In this document: piece by piece, positions 30,069 through 39,004 of the stretch | How the letters are laid out: every line of letters begins with the position of its first letter | Position numbering within the stretch: the stretch's first letter is position 1 | Source of the DNA: Candidatus Omnitrophota bacterium | GTDB lineage: Bacteria > Omnitrophota > Gorgyraeia > Duberdicusellales > Duberdicusellaceae | DNA length: 64,000 nucleotides | Assembly: GCA_016932855.1 (NCBI GenBank) | Contig: JAFGCB010000016.1 | Coordinates: forward strand, 554 to 64,553 | Reading direction: 5' to 3' | Program-made: the position numbers and the translations under genes | Notes under the pieces: generated by a model | Told to the model about the DNA's origin: nothing | Seen by the model: the letters and a program-made list of their open reading frames with translations, nothing else | Databases searched by the model: none

Positions 30069-30150
30069 TCGGGTGTAGCGTATAGGATATCGGGTTTTGG
30101 GAAAATAAATACGACACCCGATACGCGATGCCCGATACCCGAAAGACAAG
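30069..30150. repeat. Family A intergenic repeat copy A3, in inverted orientation, between glgA and polA.
   Basis: cgacacccgatacgcgatgcccgatacccgaa. Part of it is the reverse complement of gcatcgcgtatcgggtgt at 15731. Confidence 0.6.
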
Positions 30151-30192
30151 AATCTTGAAACGATTGTCTAGGATCGAAACTTGGTCTTAAGC

Positions 30193-32721
30193 CTATTTAC
30201 TGGCTTCCAGCCAGGTGTTTCCCCACTGAATATTCACCTTTATCGGCACCGACAAAGAAACAACCTTTTCCATTATATCTTTAGTTAAACTCTTAAGCTC
30301 CTCTAGCTCCGAAGGCTCGACATCAAAAACAAGCTCATCGTGTATCTGAATAATCAGCCTCGAAGAAAAATTCCTGGACTTAAATTCTTGAAAAACCTTT
30401 ATCATGGCCAACTTAATAATATCAGCCGCCGTGCCCTGAATAGGAGCGTTTATAGCCTGACGCAGGCTATACTCAACAAGCCCCTTATTGTAACTTTCAA
30501 TATTTTCCAAATAGCGCCTCCTGCCGAAAATAGTGGTAACAAAACCCTGCTTTTGGGCAAGTTCTTGAGTATAGTCGATATAGCGCTTAACGCCGGGGTA
30601 ACGCACGAAATATTCGGAAATAAAACTCTCTGCTTCGTCTAAAGATACACCCAGCTCTTTAGCCAAACCGTATGGACTCATCCCGTAAACTATCCCGAAG
30701 TTTATCCGTTTGGCGAATTCTCGCTGGCTTAAAGAGACGTCCTTTTCTTGCTTAGAAAATAACAAGGATGCTGTAAACCTATGGATATCTTTATTGGTAT
30801 TAAAAGCCTCTAATAGATGCTCGTCCTTGGAAATATGAGCAAGTATTCTTAGCTCTATCTGGGAATAGTCGGCAGCTAAGATAACCCCGCCTTTAAAAGA
30901 AGGGATAAATGCCGCCCTTATGGCCTTGCCCTGTTCCTCTTTTATAGGAATATTCTGCAGGTTAGGTGAAAAGGAAACTATTCTTCCGGTAGAAGTTGAA
31001 ACCTGGCTAAAGCGGGTAAATATCTTTCCTTTATGCGCCTGGGCTTGGCTTATAAAAGGCTCTATATAGGTGGAAAGAAGTTTTGTAAGTTTTCTGTAGC
31101 TTAATATCTTTTCTATTACAGGATGCTTAGTCTTCAATTTACTTAAGGCCTCCTCGTTAGTGGAAAAACCCGTCTTAGTTCTTTTTACTGGCTTAAGGCC
31201 GAGCTTGCTAAAAAGAATTTCCGAGAGCTGTTTGGGAGAATTAAGATTAAACTTCAAGCCGGCGGTATCAAATATCTCTTTCTCTAAAGAAGATTGTTTT
31301 TCTTTTAGAGAAGAAAGATACTTTTTAAGAAAATCTAAATCTATGCCGATTGACGAAGATTCCATCCAAGCCAAGACCTCTGCGAGAGGAGTTTCAATCT
31401 CATAAAAAAGCTTATCCAGCGAATGATTCTTAAGTTTATCTTCCAGAACCCTGTATACCCTTTCTATAAAACTGACCTTGCTTAACTGGTCGATTTCCTG
31501 CTGGGCTATGTTTAAATGCTCCCAGATGATATCTTCCAGACTTAAATCCTGAAGATGAGACTTAAGAATAAACGAAGCTATCATTACATCAAAAAAAGGA
31601 AGCCTAAGTCTTATATTATATTTAGCAAATTGCAAAATAGCTTCCTTAATATCAAAAGTTACCTTTTTTATATCCGGATCCTCAAGATGCTCTTGGATTT
31701 TCCCCGGGGCTGCCTTATAAATTAAGCCTGAAAAATAGATATAAACGCTCTCCCGGCAAATATAAAATATGAACTCTTTATCCTGTTTTATCTTCTTGGC
31801 AACCGAAGGGCTGTATTCTTTTACAGAGACATCAGAACCAGGCGCTGAGGAAGAAAACTCTTTCATTAAGGATTTAAACTCCAATTCCCTAAATATAGAA
31901 CAAAGCCTGTCCTTATCAGGGAGTCCTATCTTAAGATCTTCCAGCTTTAGATCTATGGGTACGGCCCTATCCAAGGTAGCCAAATCTTTACTTAAAAACG
32001 CTGAATCCTTGGACTCTGCTATGAGTTTTCTTAAGGAATCCCTGGGAATTTTCTGCATGTTCTCTAGAATATTTTCAATGCTTCCGAAGCTCTCGATTAA
32101 ATTTACCGCGTTCTTAGGGCCTATGCCCTTTACACCGGGAATATTATCAGTCGAATCACCGCACAAGCCCAGTAAATCGGGTATATTTCGGGGAGCCACA
32201 CCCATATCTTTTAATACTCTCTGCTCGTCGAGCAATATTTCCTTATTAGGGTTATACAGCATGACGGTTTTATCTTCGACAATCTGAAGTATATCCTTGT
32301 CAGAACTAAAAACCAAACACTTAAAACCAAACTCTTTAGCTTTATCGGCTAAAGTCGCTATAACATCGTCGGCTTCGTAGCCCGGCATCTGGGCGATAGG
32401 AATTCTTAAAGCCTTTACTACTTCCTGTATCCTGGGAATCTGAAGTTTAAGCTCGTCGGGAGTAGGAGGCCGGGTTATCTTATAATCTTTAAATTTATCC
32501 TGCCTAAAAGTCTTTCTGGATACATCAAAGCATATCCCCAGATACAAAGGTTTAAATTCTTTAAGAATCTTTTTTAAAATATTAACGAATCCAAAAACAG
32601 CTCCGGTAGGAAAGCCCTGCGAGTTTCTTAGATCCCGGATTGCAAAGAACGCTCTGTAAGAAAAACTTGTTCCGTCTACAAGATATAATGTCTTTTCAGG
32701 ATCGAATGCGATTTTTTTCAC
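30193..32721 (-). CDS. polA: DNA polymerase I.
   Basis: 5'-3' exonuclease N-terminus (LVDGTSFSYRAFFA) and family A polymerase motifs (RRxAKxxNFGxxYG, QIHDELV). GTG start. Confidence 0.9.
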   Translation of the reverse strand: MKKIAFDPEKTLYLVDGTSFSYRAFFAIRDLRNSQGFPTGAVFGFVNILKKILKEFKPLYLGICFDVSRKTFRQDKFKDYKITRPPTPDELKLQIPRIQEVVKALRIPIAQMPGYEADDVIATLADKAKEFGFKCLVFSSDKDILQIVEDKTVMLYNPNKEILLDEQRVLKDMGVAPRNIPDLLGLCGDSTDNIPGVKGIGPKNAVNLIESFGSIENILENMQKIPRDSLRKLIAESKDSAFLSKDLATLDRAVPIDLKLEDLKIGLPDKDRLCSIFRELEFKSLMKEFSSSAPGSDVSVKEYSPSVAKKIKQDKEFIFYICRESVYIYFSGLIYKAAPGKIQEHLEDPDIKKVTFDIKEAILQFAKYNIRLRLPFFDVMIASFILKSHLQDLSLEDIIWEHLNIAQQEIDQLSKVSFIERVYRVLEDKLKNHSLDKLFYEIETPLAEVLAWMESSSIGIDLDFLKKYLSSLKEKQSSLEKEIFDTAGLKFNLNSPKQLSEILFSKLGLKPVKRTKTGFSTNEEALSKLKTKHPVIEKILSYRKLTKLLSTYIEPFISQAQAHKGKIFTRFSQVSTSTGRIVSFSPNLQNIPIKEEQGKAIRAAFIPSFKGGVILAADYSQIELRILAHISKDEHLLEAFNTNKDIHRFTASLLFSKQEKDVSLSQREFAKRINFGIVYGMSPYGLAKELGVSLDEAESFISEYFVRYPGVKRYIDYTQELAQKQGFVTTIFGRRRYLENIESYNKGLVEYSLRQAINAPIQGTAADIIKLAMIKVFQEFKSRNFSSRLIIQIHDELVFDVEPSELEELKSLTKDIMEKVVSLSVPIKVNIQWGNTWLEASK

Positions 32722-33034
32722 AGAGTTTTAAGGGATAGGGAGGCGAAACTCCTATAAATTTACCTTAAACGATACTATTAGAATATGGTGGATTTTGGTC
32801 GATAGATTTTGAAAAAGGATTATTCTTAAGCTCTTTCCAAGGCTTATAAAAAACTGGAAAGAGCTTGATTACAAAGATTCTAATAAGATTACAGAGATTT
32901 GTAGTTAGAAAGACAATCTCTGAAATCTATATCTAATCACCGTAATCATAAATTTTTCCCTGATTTTTTCCCTAAAAATGTATCCCCTTACTATAAAGAG
33001 TTAAAAAATTAATCTATGAAGGGAGGAAAAATTC

Positions 33035-33856
33035 TTATTCTCTTGGGACTTCAGGAACTAACGTGAGCGCTTTCCTTAACTCTTGCATTAAAGATAAATA
33101 ATCTTTTCTGTCTAAATAACTCAGGCTGTTATTTAAATGGGCTTTGATTTCTTCTCTGGCTGCCCCTTCCCGGGCAGTATTTTGATACTTAGTAGCCTCG
33201 GCAATCAAGGTCTCATCAGACGGCTGTAAAAGAACAACCGCCTCAAACTCTTTAATCGCCTCTTTATAGAGGCCGCTGGAAAAAGCTTGAAGACCTGCTT
33301 CAAAATGCATCTTGGCTTCCTGGAGCACTCTTAAGCGCTCCTCTTCCTTCAGTACGGCCATATTGCGGGAAAAAACCTCTGCTTCTTCAGCCAGCTCTTC
33401 CTGTCTGGCCTGAGGATATGTGCCTAATTTTATAAGGTGCTCGCGGGCTTTCTGCCTCCAATAACCGCCTTTTTTTCCCATAAGATATCTTTTTTTCCAG
33501 TAGTGAGTGGCCTTAAGGGGCTGATTTCTCTTTTCATAAAGAAAACCCAGATTGGAGTAAGGAGCAAGATAATTAGGGTCGATTTCTATTGCTTTCAAAT
33601 ACATAACCTCGGCCCTGTCTAAATCACCCATCGTCTCGTATACTACGCCGGCATCATTATAGGCCTCCTTATAAAAGGGGTTCATCTGGGTGGCTTTCAA
33701 ATAAGAAGAAAGCGCTCCTTTTAAATCTCCTCTTGTCTGAAGCTCGTAGCCCTCTTGCCTATACGATAGGGCCTCTTCTTCCATGACGCCGTAAACAGGG
33801 AAAACCAAGAAAAGGCAGGAAATAAGAATACAAATAGATAAAAACGTTTTCAGCAT
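33035..33856 (-). CDS. Secreted TPR-repeat protein.
   Basis: Signal peptide followed by TPR-like repeats (AYNDAGVVYETMGDLDRAEVMYLKAIEIDPNY). Confidence 0.6.
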   Translation of the reverse strand: MLKTFLSICILISCLFLVFPVYGVMEEEALSYRQEGYELQTRGDLKGALSSYLKATQMNPFYKEAYNDAGVVYETMGDLDRAEVMYLKAIEIDPNYLAPYSNLGFLYEKRNQPLKATHYWKKRYLMGKKGGYWRQKAREHLIKLGTYPQARQEELAEEAEVFSRNMAVLKEEERLRVLQEAKMHFEAGLQAFSSGLYKEAIKEFEAVVLLQPSDETLIAEATKYQNTAREGAAREEIKAHLNNSLSYLDRKDYLSLMQELRKALTLVPEVPRE

Positions 33857-33939
33857 AACTTTTTTTTACATTAACATATTATTATTTCTCTGTCAATAAA
33901 AAACTCAGTAGTTTCAAGGGGTTACATAAATTTACGCCC

Positions 33940-35040
33940 CTAGAGTTGCTTGAGCAGCATTTCAATATCAACATACTTCTCAACAATATCCTTTGCCATT
34001 CTGGTCTTCTGGCAATCCTCGGGCTTTATTTTAACCGTCAAATCATGCACGCTGGAAGCCACGCTGTAGGTATCTGCCTTTGCTAAAAGAAGAGGAATCT
34101 GGGCCCGTCTTACCAAATCGATAATAGTCTGGTGAGGCTTAATCCCGCCGGTTAATACAATGCCGGCAATCTTTAAACCTTCTTTAGCCCTGTCCATTTG
34201 AAAGCCGACTACCGCCAAAATCAAATCCTCCCTATCCCCAGGGGTTATGACAAGACAACGGTCGGAAAAATAGCTTAGAGCATCGTGAGGCGCCATTGCC
34301 CCTACTAATATCTTATCTATGTATACGCCTATCCCGTTCTTTCCGGCCAAAAGCTCAAAACCCAACTCTTCTAGTACCTGACCCACGGTTGGCTCGGACA
34401 ACGACCTTACGTAAGGAATAACTCCCAAAACTTTAAGACCTCTTTTTTTTAAACCCATACGGACTATTTTATTAACTTTCTCGTATTTATCAGCCTTTAC
34501 CTTATTGATTATCGCCCCGATAACTTCAACCTTTTCTTTCTCAAATAAGGCCTTGCTAAGCATTATTTCATCAATAGGCCGGCCTATGCCGCCGCTGGCA
34601 ACTATTACTACTTTCGAATCTAACAGCTTGGCTACCGCGGCGTTAGAAAGCCCAAAGACCGAACCTACCCCGGCATGACCCGTACCTTCGATTACTACCA
34701 GATCTTTGTCTTTACTTACAGCCTCAAATGAATTCTTAATCTTTTTTGTAAGCTCCTTATTGCTGCCCTTTAGAATATATTTCTTGGTAAAGCCCTTCTC
34801 GATAGCTATCGGGCTCATATCCTGAATTTTGCACTCAATGCCGCAAACCTTTTCTATCAATACCGAATCCTCGTCTACTTTGTGACCCTGTTCAACAAGA
34901 TATCTCTGGCCCACCGGTTTTATGAAACCGACCTTTTGAAATCTCTCTTTGAGGGCGCAGATTAAGCCGAGGCTGACGCTGGTCTTTCCATCATTCTGCC
35001 CGGTTGCCGAAATAAATATCTTGTGCACCTTATTCTTCAT
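33940..35040 (-). CDS. Phosphotransacetylase N-terminal-domain-like protein (BioD-like plus DRTGG domains; no PTA catalytic domain).
   Basis: KIFISATGQNDGKTSVSLGL resembles the Pta N-terminal segment. DRCLVITPGDREDL is a DRTGG-like motif. Confidence 0.55.
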   Translation of the reverse strand: MKNKVHKIFISATGQNDGKTSVSLGLICALKERFQKVGFIKPVGQRYLVEQGHKVDEDSVLIEKVCGIECKIQDMSPIAIEKGFTKKYILKGSNKELTKKIKNSFEAVSKDKDLVVIEGTGHAGVGSVFGLSNAAVAKLLDSKVVIVASGGIGRPIDEIMLSKALFEKEKVEVIGAIINKVKADKYEKVNKIVRMGLKKRGLKVLGVIPYVRSLSEPTVGQVLEELGFELLAGKNGIGVYIDKILVGAMAPHDALSYFSDRCLVITPGDREDLILAVVGFQMDRAKEGLKIAGIVLTGGIKPHQTIIDLVRRAQIPLLLAKADTYSVASSVHDLTVKIKPEDCQKTRMAKDIVEKYVDIEMLLKQL

Positions 35041-35092
35041 AGTTTTGTCTTACACAGATGATTGCAGATAAACCATCTGTGATCATCTGTGT

Positions 35093-36385
35093 TTATTTTT
35101 TTTCCCACTTCAAAAGCTCTATAACTTTTCCCAAGGTGGAGCCTTTATTAATTTCTTCTCGTAATCTATTTTCCTGTTCCAAAATGCTCATGGCCCGGTT
35201 GGCAACCTCAACTGCTCTATCTTCGGGAATACAGACTACCCCGTCATCATCCCCTACTATCCAATCTCCGCTGCACACCCTTATTCCTGAAATTTTAACG
35301 CAGACTCCTATTTCCCCGAAACCTTTTGGCTCACCGGCAGTAGGAGTAATGAGCTTGGAGAAAACAGGAAATCTTAGCTTGCGTATTTGCGAAGTATCCC
35401 TGACCGCTCCGTCTACTACTATTCCGGAAAGCTTCCTGTTTAGGGCCGCGCAGGTGGCAAGCTCCCCCCAAACAGCTGGCCCTACCCCCCCGGCATCTAT
35501 TACCAAAACATCGCCTGCCTGAGCGCAATCAATAGCTTCTACTGTCTTTGCCCAATCTCCGGGATAGGTACGCACAGTAAGCGCCCGGCCGACCATTTTT
35601 ATACCCTTAAAAAGGGGATGGATTTCTTTTAAATCACCGCTTCTGTGCAGGGCATCGGAAAGATTAGCGGCTGAAACCTTCATTAAGACTTCACGAACCC
35701 CGGAAAAAGAAACTCTCTTAAAATACTCGCTTTTAATCGCCCTGCCGGTAGTAATAACTTTCTGAATGGCTTTAGCTGCTTGCTTAGGATTCTTGGCCTT
35801 GGTAACCGCGCCGCCTACTATCACTATGCTCGCTCCGGCTTTTACTGCCAGGTGAGCGGTCTGGGAATTTATTCCTCCGGCGCAGGCCACAGGGATAGAA
35901 ACCGCCTTAGCGACTTTGCGCAAGCGGGAGAAAGGATCTTTACCCTGCATCTGCTCATCAATAGGGCAATGCACGCTTATGTAATCAACTCCCAGCTCCT
36001 GAATTTTCCGGGCTCGTTTTTCTATCTGGCTTTCTTTGACCTCGATAAGGTCTACTTCCACTTTTATGCCGTAGTTTTTGCCGGCTTCAACGCACTCTCT
36101 TATGGTGCTATCGGAAGAAAGGCCCAGCACGGAAATAATATCTGCTCCGGCCTTAGCTGCTGCCTCGGCTTCGATTCTTCCCACGTCCATAGTCTTCATA
36201 TCAGCGATTATCGTAGCTTTTGGAAACTTTTTGCGAAGGACCCGTATGCTATTGAGGCCTTCGCTTTTTATCAAAGGGGTTCCGGCTTCAATCCAGCTAA
36301 CCCCTGCCGCTACAGCTTCTTCAGCTACGGCCAAAGCTCGTTTGAGATTTAAAAAATCCAAAGCAACCTGTAATACCGGTTTCAT
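35093..36385 (-). CDS. Fusion of a 3-hexulose-6-phosphate synthase-like (OMPDC-family) N-terminal domain and an RraA-like C-terminal domain.
   Basis: N-terminus KPVLQVALD...IEAGTPLIK...IIADMKTMD matches the HPS pattern. C-terminus DVLVIDAGG...GELATCAALNRKLSGIVVDGAVRD matches the RraA pattern. The ATG at 36383-36385 with a GAGG RBS is preferred over the TTG at 36406. Confidence 0.6.
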   Translation of the reverse strand: MKPVLQVALDFLNLKRALAVAEEAVAAGVSWIEAGTPLIKSEGLNSIRVLRKKFPKATIIADMKTMDVGRIEAEAAAKAGADIISVLGLSSDSTIRECVEAGKNYGIKVEVDLIEVKESQIEKRARKIQELGVDYISVHCPIDEQMQGKDPFSRLRKVAKAVSIPVACAGGINSQTAHLAVKAGASIVIVGGAVTKAKNPKQAAKAIQKVITTGRAIKSEYFKRVSFSGVREVLMKVSAANLSDALHRSGDLKEIHPLFKGIKMVGRALTVRTYPGDWAKTVEAIDCAQAGDVLVIDAGGVGPAVWGELATCAALNRKLSGIVVDGAVRDTSQIRKLRFPVFSKLITPTAGEPKGFGEIGVCVKISGIRVCSGDWIVGDDDGVVCIPEDRAVEVANRAMSILEQENRLREEINKGSTLGKVIELLKWEKK

Positions 36386-36420
36386 ATCCTCACACCTTAA
36401 TTCCAACTGTCAAAACCCAA

Positions 36421-36606
36421 ATTAAATCCCAAACCCCAATACTTCCAAATCCCAAACTTTATACGAATGTACGAATTTTTTACGAATCTACGAATAATCT
36501 AAAAGACCATTCGTATATTCGCAGTGATTCGTAAATTCGTAGGTTTGTTTGGTAGTATTGAAGATTGGAATTTTGGATTTGACATTTGGAATTTGTCGTT
36601 AATATT
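36421..36606. repeat. Family B repeat copy B2. It contains a direct array of four TACGAAT units mirrored by four ATTCGTA units (36472-36550).
   Basis: ccaaatcccaaac ... gtttggtagtattg arms. tacgaatgtacgaattttttacgaatctacgaata / attcgtatattcgcagtgattcgtaaattcgtag. Confidence 0.6.
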
Positions 36607-37026
36607 CTATTCTCCGATTATCTGCACAACAAGCTCGCGCGAACGAGAGCGGTTATCGAAATCAATAAAAACAATCTGCTGCCAGGTGCCCAGAAGTAAA
36701 TTCTTGTCAGAAAAAGGTACCGTAAGAGACGGGCCTAATAAGGCGGCCCGGACATGAGAGAAACCGTTGCCGTCCTGCCAGCGTATATTGTGATGGTACT
36801 CGCCCTTACGAGGCGCTATTATCTCGAAAGCCTCTTTTATATCCTCTATTAAACCTGGCTCATACTCAATAGTAGTAAGAGCTCCTGTTGAACCAGAAAC
36901 AAAAATCGTAGCTATGCCTTTTTTTAGAGAACTTTCCTTAAGGCAGGAATCTACCTTATCAGTAATGTCTATTATATCACTCTCGCCCTTTGATTTCAGT
37001 TTTATAGTTTTTGTTACAACGGACAT
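36607..37026 (-). CDS. YjbQ/UPF0047 family protein (secondary thiamine-phosphate synthase family).
   Basis: Family-typical ...IEYEPGLIEDIKEAFE....HHN...DGNGFSHVRAALLGPSL. Confidence 0.7.
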   Translation of the reverse strand: MSVVTKTIKLKSKGESDIIDITDKVDSCLKESSLKKGIATIFVSGSTGALTTIEYEPGLIEDIKEAFEIIAPRKGEYHHNIRWQDGNGFSHVRAALLGPSLTVPFSDKNLLLGTWQQIVFIDFDNRSRSRELVVQIIGE

Positions 37027-37140
37027 AACAAAAAAATTAAAATTTAAAAACTAAAAACGCAAATTAAAGACTTAAAGATCTTAGCCCAAGATTTAATATT
37101 GAAAATACGTTAGTATCTACTTTTGATTTTTTAGTTTTGA
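37020..37140. repeat. AT-rich phased A/T-tract element related to family C (copy C3).
   Basis: ttttgattttttagttttgactttttactttt resembles the C1/C2 tcaaaa periodicity. Confidence 0.3.
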
Positions 37141-37144
37141 CTTT

Positions 37145-37933
37145 TTACTTTTTCTTGTAGGCGTCTAAATATGAATCGCAATAGATATTCTTATTAAGTA
37201 AAAGTTCGGCCGTAATCATAGCGTCCATAAGCTCTTTATCCATCGGGTCTACGATAGCGGCGTCCAATCCTTGAGCCTGAGCCATAATCAGAAAAGTCCT
37301 ATTAATAAGACTGCGGTTTTCCGTGCCTTGAGAAACATTGCTTAAACCTACCACTGTCTTAGGAGGCGGGTTATACAAAAACCTGAATTCCCTTAGAGCT
37401 TCCAGGGCCTCGAGAGACTGGGGCTGGGCTACATTAACCGGAAGTACAATAGGGTCAATATAAAGCTCTTCTAAATTAAACCCTGCCTCGACACAAGAGG
37501 TAAGAATTGCCGCGGCATACTCGCTCCTCTGGGCTCTGTCTCTGGGAACGCCGCTTTTGCCGAGAGTAAGACCGATCAATCTTGCCTTGTACTGCTTGGC
37601 CATAGGAACAAAAATGTCTAGTTTTTCTTTATCGGCGGTAGATGAGTTTACCATTGCCTTGTTTTTGACTACTTTTAAGCCTTCCTCGATAACAGCCGGC
37701 TTTGTACTGTCAAGGCAAAGCCCTGCGTCAACCACTTCTTGAATTGTTTCAACGAGCCACTTCATAGCCTCCTGGGCGTCCTTGGCAGCCGGGCCGACAT
37801 TTACATCCAGCATAGACGCTCCGCTGGCTACCTGTTTTTTGGCTAAATCCTGAATAACTTTTTTATCCCGCTCTTTTATGGCTTTACCTACATCTTTGTA
37901 CATACCGTTGATTCTCTCGCCGATAACTAGCAT
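37145..37933 (-). CDS. acsE: Methyltetrahydrofolate:corrinoid/iron-sulfur protein methyltransferase (MeTr).
   Basis: MLVIGERINGMYKD...LDVNVGP...LSNVSQ closely follows the AcsE pattern. The ATG at 37931-37933 is preferred over GTG 37939. Confidence 0.85.
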   Translation of the reverse strand: MLVIGERINGMYKDVGKAIKERDKKVIQDLAKKQVASGASMLDVNVGPAAKDAQEAMKWLVETIQEVVDAGLCLDSTKPAVIEEGLKVVKNKAMVNSSTADKEKLDIFVPMAKQYKARLIGLTLGKSGVPRDRAQRSEYAAAILTSCVEAGFNLEELYIDPIVLPVNVAQPQSLEALEALREFRFLYNPPPKTVVGLSNVSQGTENRSLINRTFLIMAQAQGLDAAIVDPMDKELMDAMITAELLLNKNIYCDSYLDAYKKK

Positions 37934-38024
37934 CTCCACCTCACTTCTTTAGGTAGAAACCAGACTTAAATGCCAGATTCCAAAAGCAAATATCTTCTTC
38001 TGGTTACTGGTTGCTGGCTTCTGG

Positions 38025-38990
38025 TTACTTTTTCATCAGCTTATCAATAGTCTGATTTACAATCGATATTGCCTTAGGATGACGCATAACCAAGATGTCC
38101 GCTCCGCAGAGAAGCATGGAAGTAGCGGTGATTACTTCCCACATTAAACCGCGCTCTACTTCCGGGCCCCATTCCGGATGCTCGGCTTGAGGAGTCTTTG
38201 CCTCTTTAGCCCTCCAGGCCTCAAATCCCACAAAACAGATAAAAGGCATGGAAAGCATCTTATCCCCGGCCAAAGCCGCAAGGCGGGCTCTTTCCATAAT
38301 CGAATAGGCGTATTCCATACCGTATCCTAAAGCCCCGATAGTAGGATTTATGGCAATCTTTTCTAAAGGAAAGCCCATATCAGAAATAAGTATATTTACC
38401 TGCTTGGCAATATTGATATCAATGGGCGACTCGGCAATAATGCTGTGACCGTCGGCAAGACAGGACGCGGTAAGGGTCTTGTAATTTTCCTGCGTAGCAT
38501 CACCAAAGAGACAATTTTCTCCCTTAGCAGCCTCACTACACTTAGGAAGCACAAGGTTGTCTTTCTCGTCATTTCCCGAACCTAAAATAATCAAAGGTAC
38601 GCCCACTGCCCCAAGAATTGCCTTAACAGTACTTGCCGCTTTATCAGGTGAAGCATCTCCAAAATCAGGATGGGTACTCTGAAGCTTAAGGCACAGGACT
38701 TCAGCCTTATATTCGTTGACGCACTTTTTCGCCCATTCCACGGGATTATCCAGAACACCGTTAAACGGTTCACTAAGAGCCTTCGGCCAATCAGGCGGTT
38801 TTGTATCCAGTATCTCCATAGCGATGACAGGCCTGTGAGGCATCTGACCGTCGCTGAAAAGATAGGGTAGGGTCGAAACTCCTCCTACAGTAAGCGTGGA
38901 ACTGCGGCTGCCGCCTTCTTCCATACCGGAGCCTAACTTCAAAGTATTCACCTTATTCACCCATTTGTCTCTTATCAATTCTACAGCCAT
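38025..38990 (-). CDS. acsD: Corrinoid iron-sulfur protein small subunit.
   Basis: MAVELIRDKW...GDKMLSMPFICFVGFEAWRAKEA... matches the AcsD pattern throughout. Confidence 0.9.
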   Translation of the reverse strand: MAVELIRDKWVNKVNTLKLGSGMEEGGSRSSTLTVGGVSTLPYLFSDGQMPHRPVIAMEILDTKPPDWPKALSEPFNGVLDNPVEWAKKCVNEYKAEVLCLKLQSTHPDFGDASPDKAASTVKAILGAVGVPLIILGSGNDEKDNLVLPKCSEAAKGENCLFGDATQENYKTLTASCLADGHSIIAESPIDINIAKQVNILISDMGFPLEKIAINPTIGALGYGMEYAYSIMERARLAALAGDKMLSMPFICFVGFEAWRAKEAKTPQAEHPEWGPEVERGLMWEVITATSMLLCGADILVMRHPKAISIVNQTIDKLMKK

Positions 38991-39004
38991 TGCTCATTAT
39001 CTCC

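Noticed and set aside
35058-36425. Plus-strand ORFs 35058-35522, 35780-36352 and 36078-36425
   Set aside because: They lie antisense to the well-supported HPS-RraA gene, with biased A/S/P-rich composition and no recognisable motifs.
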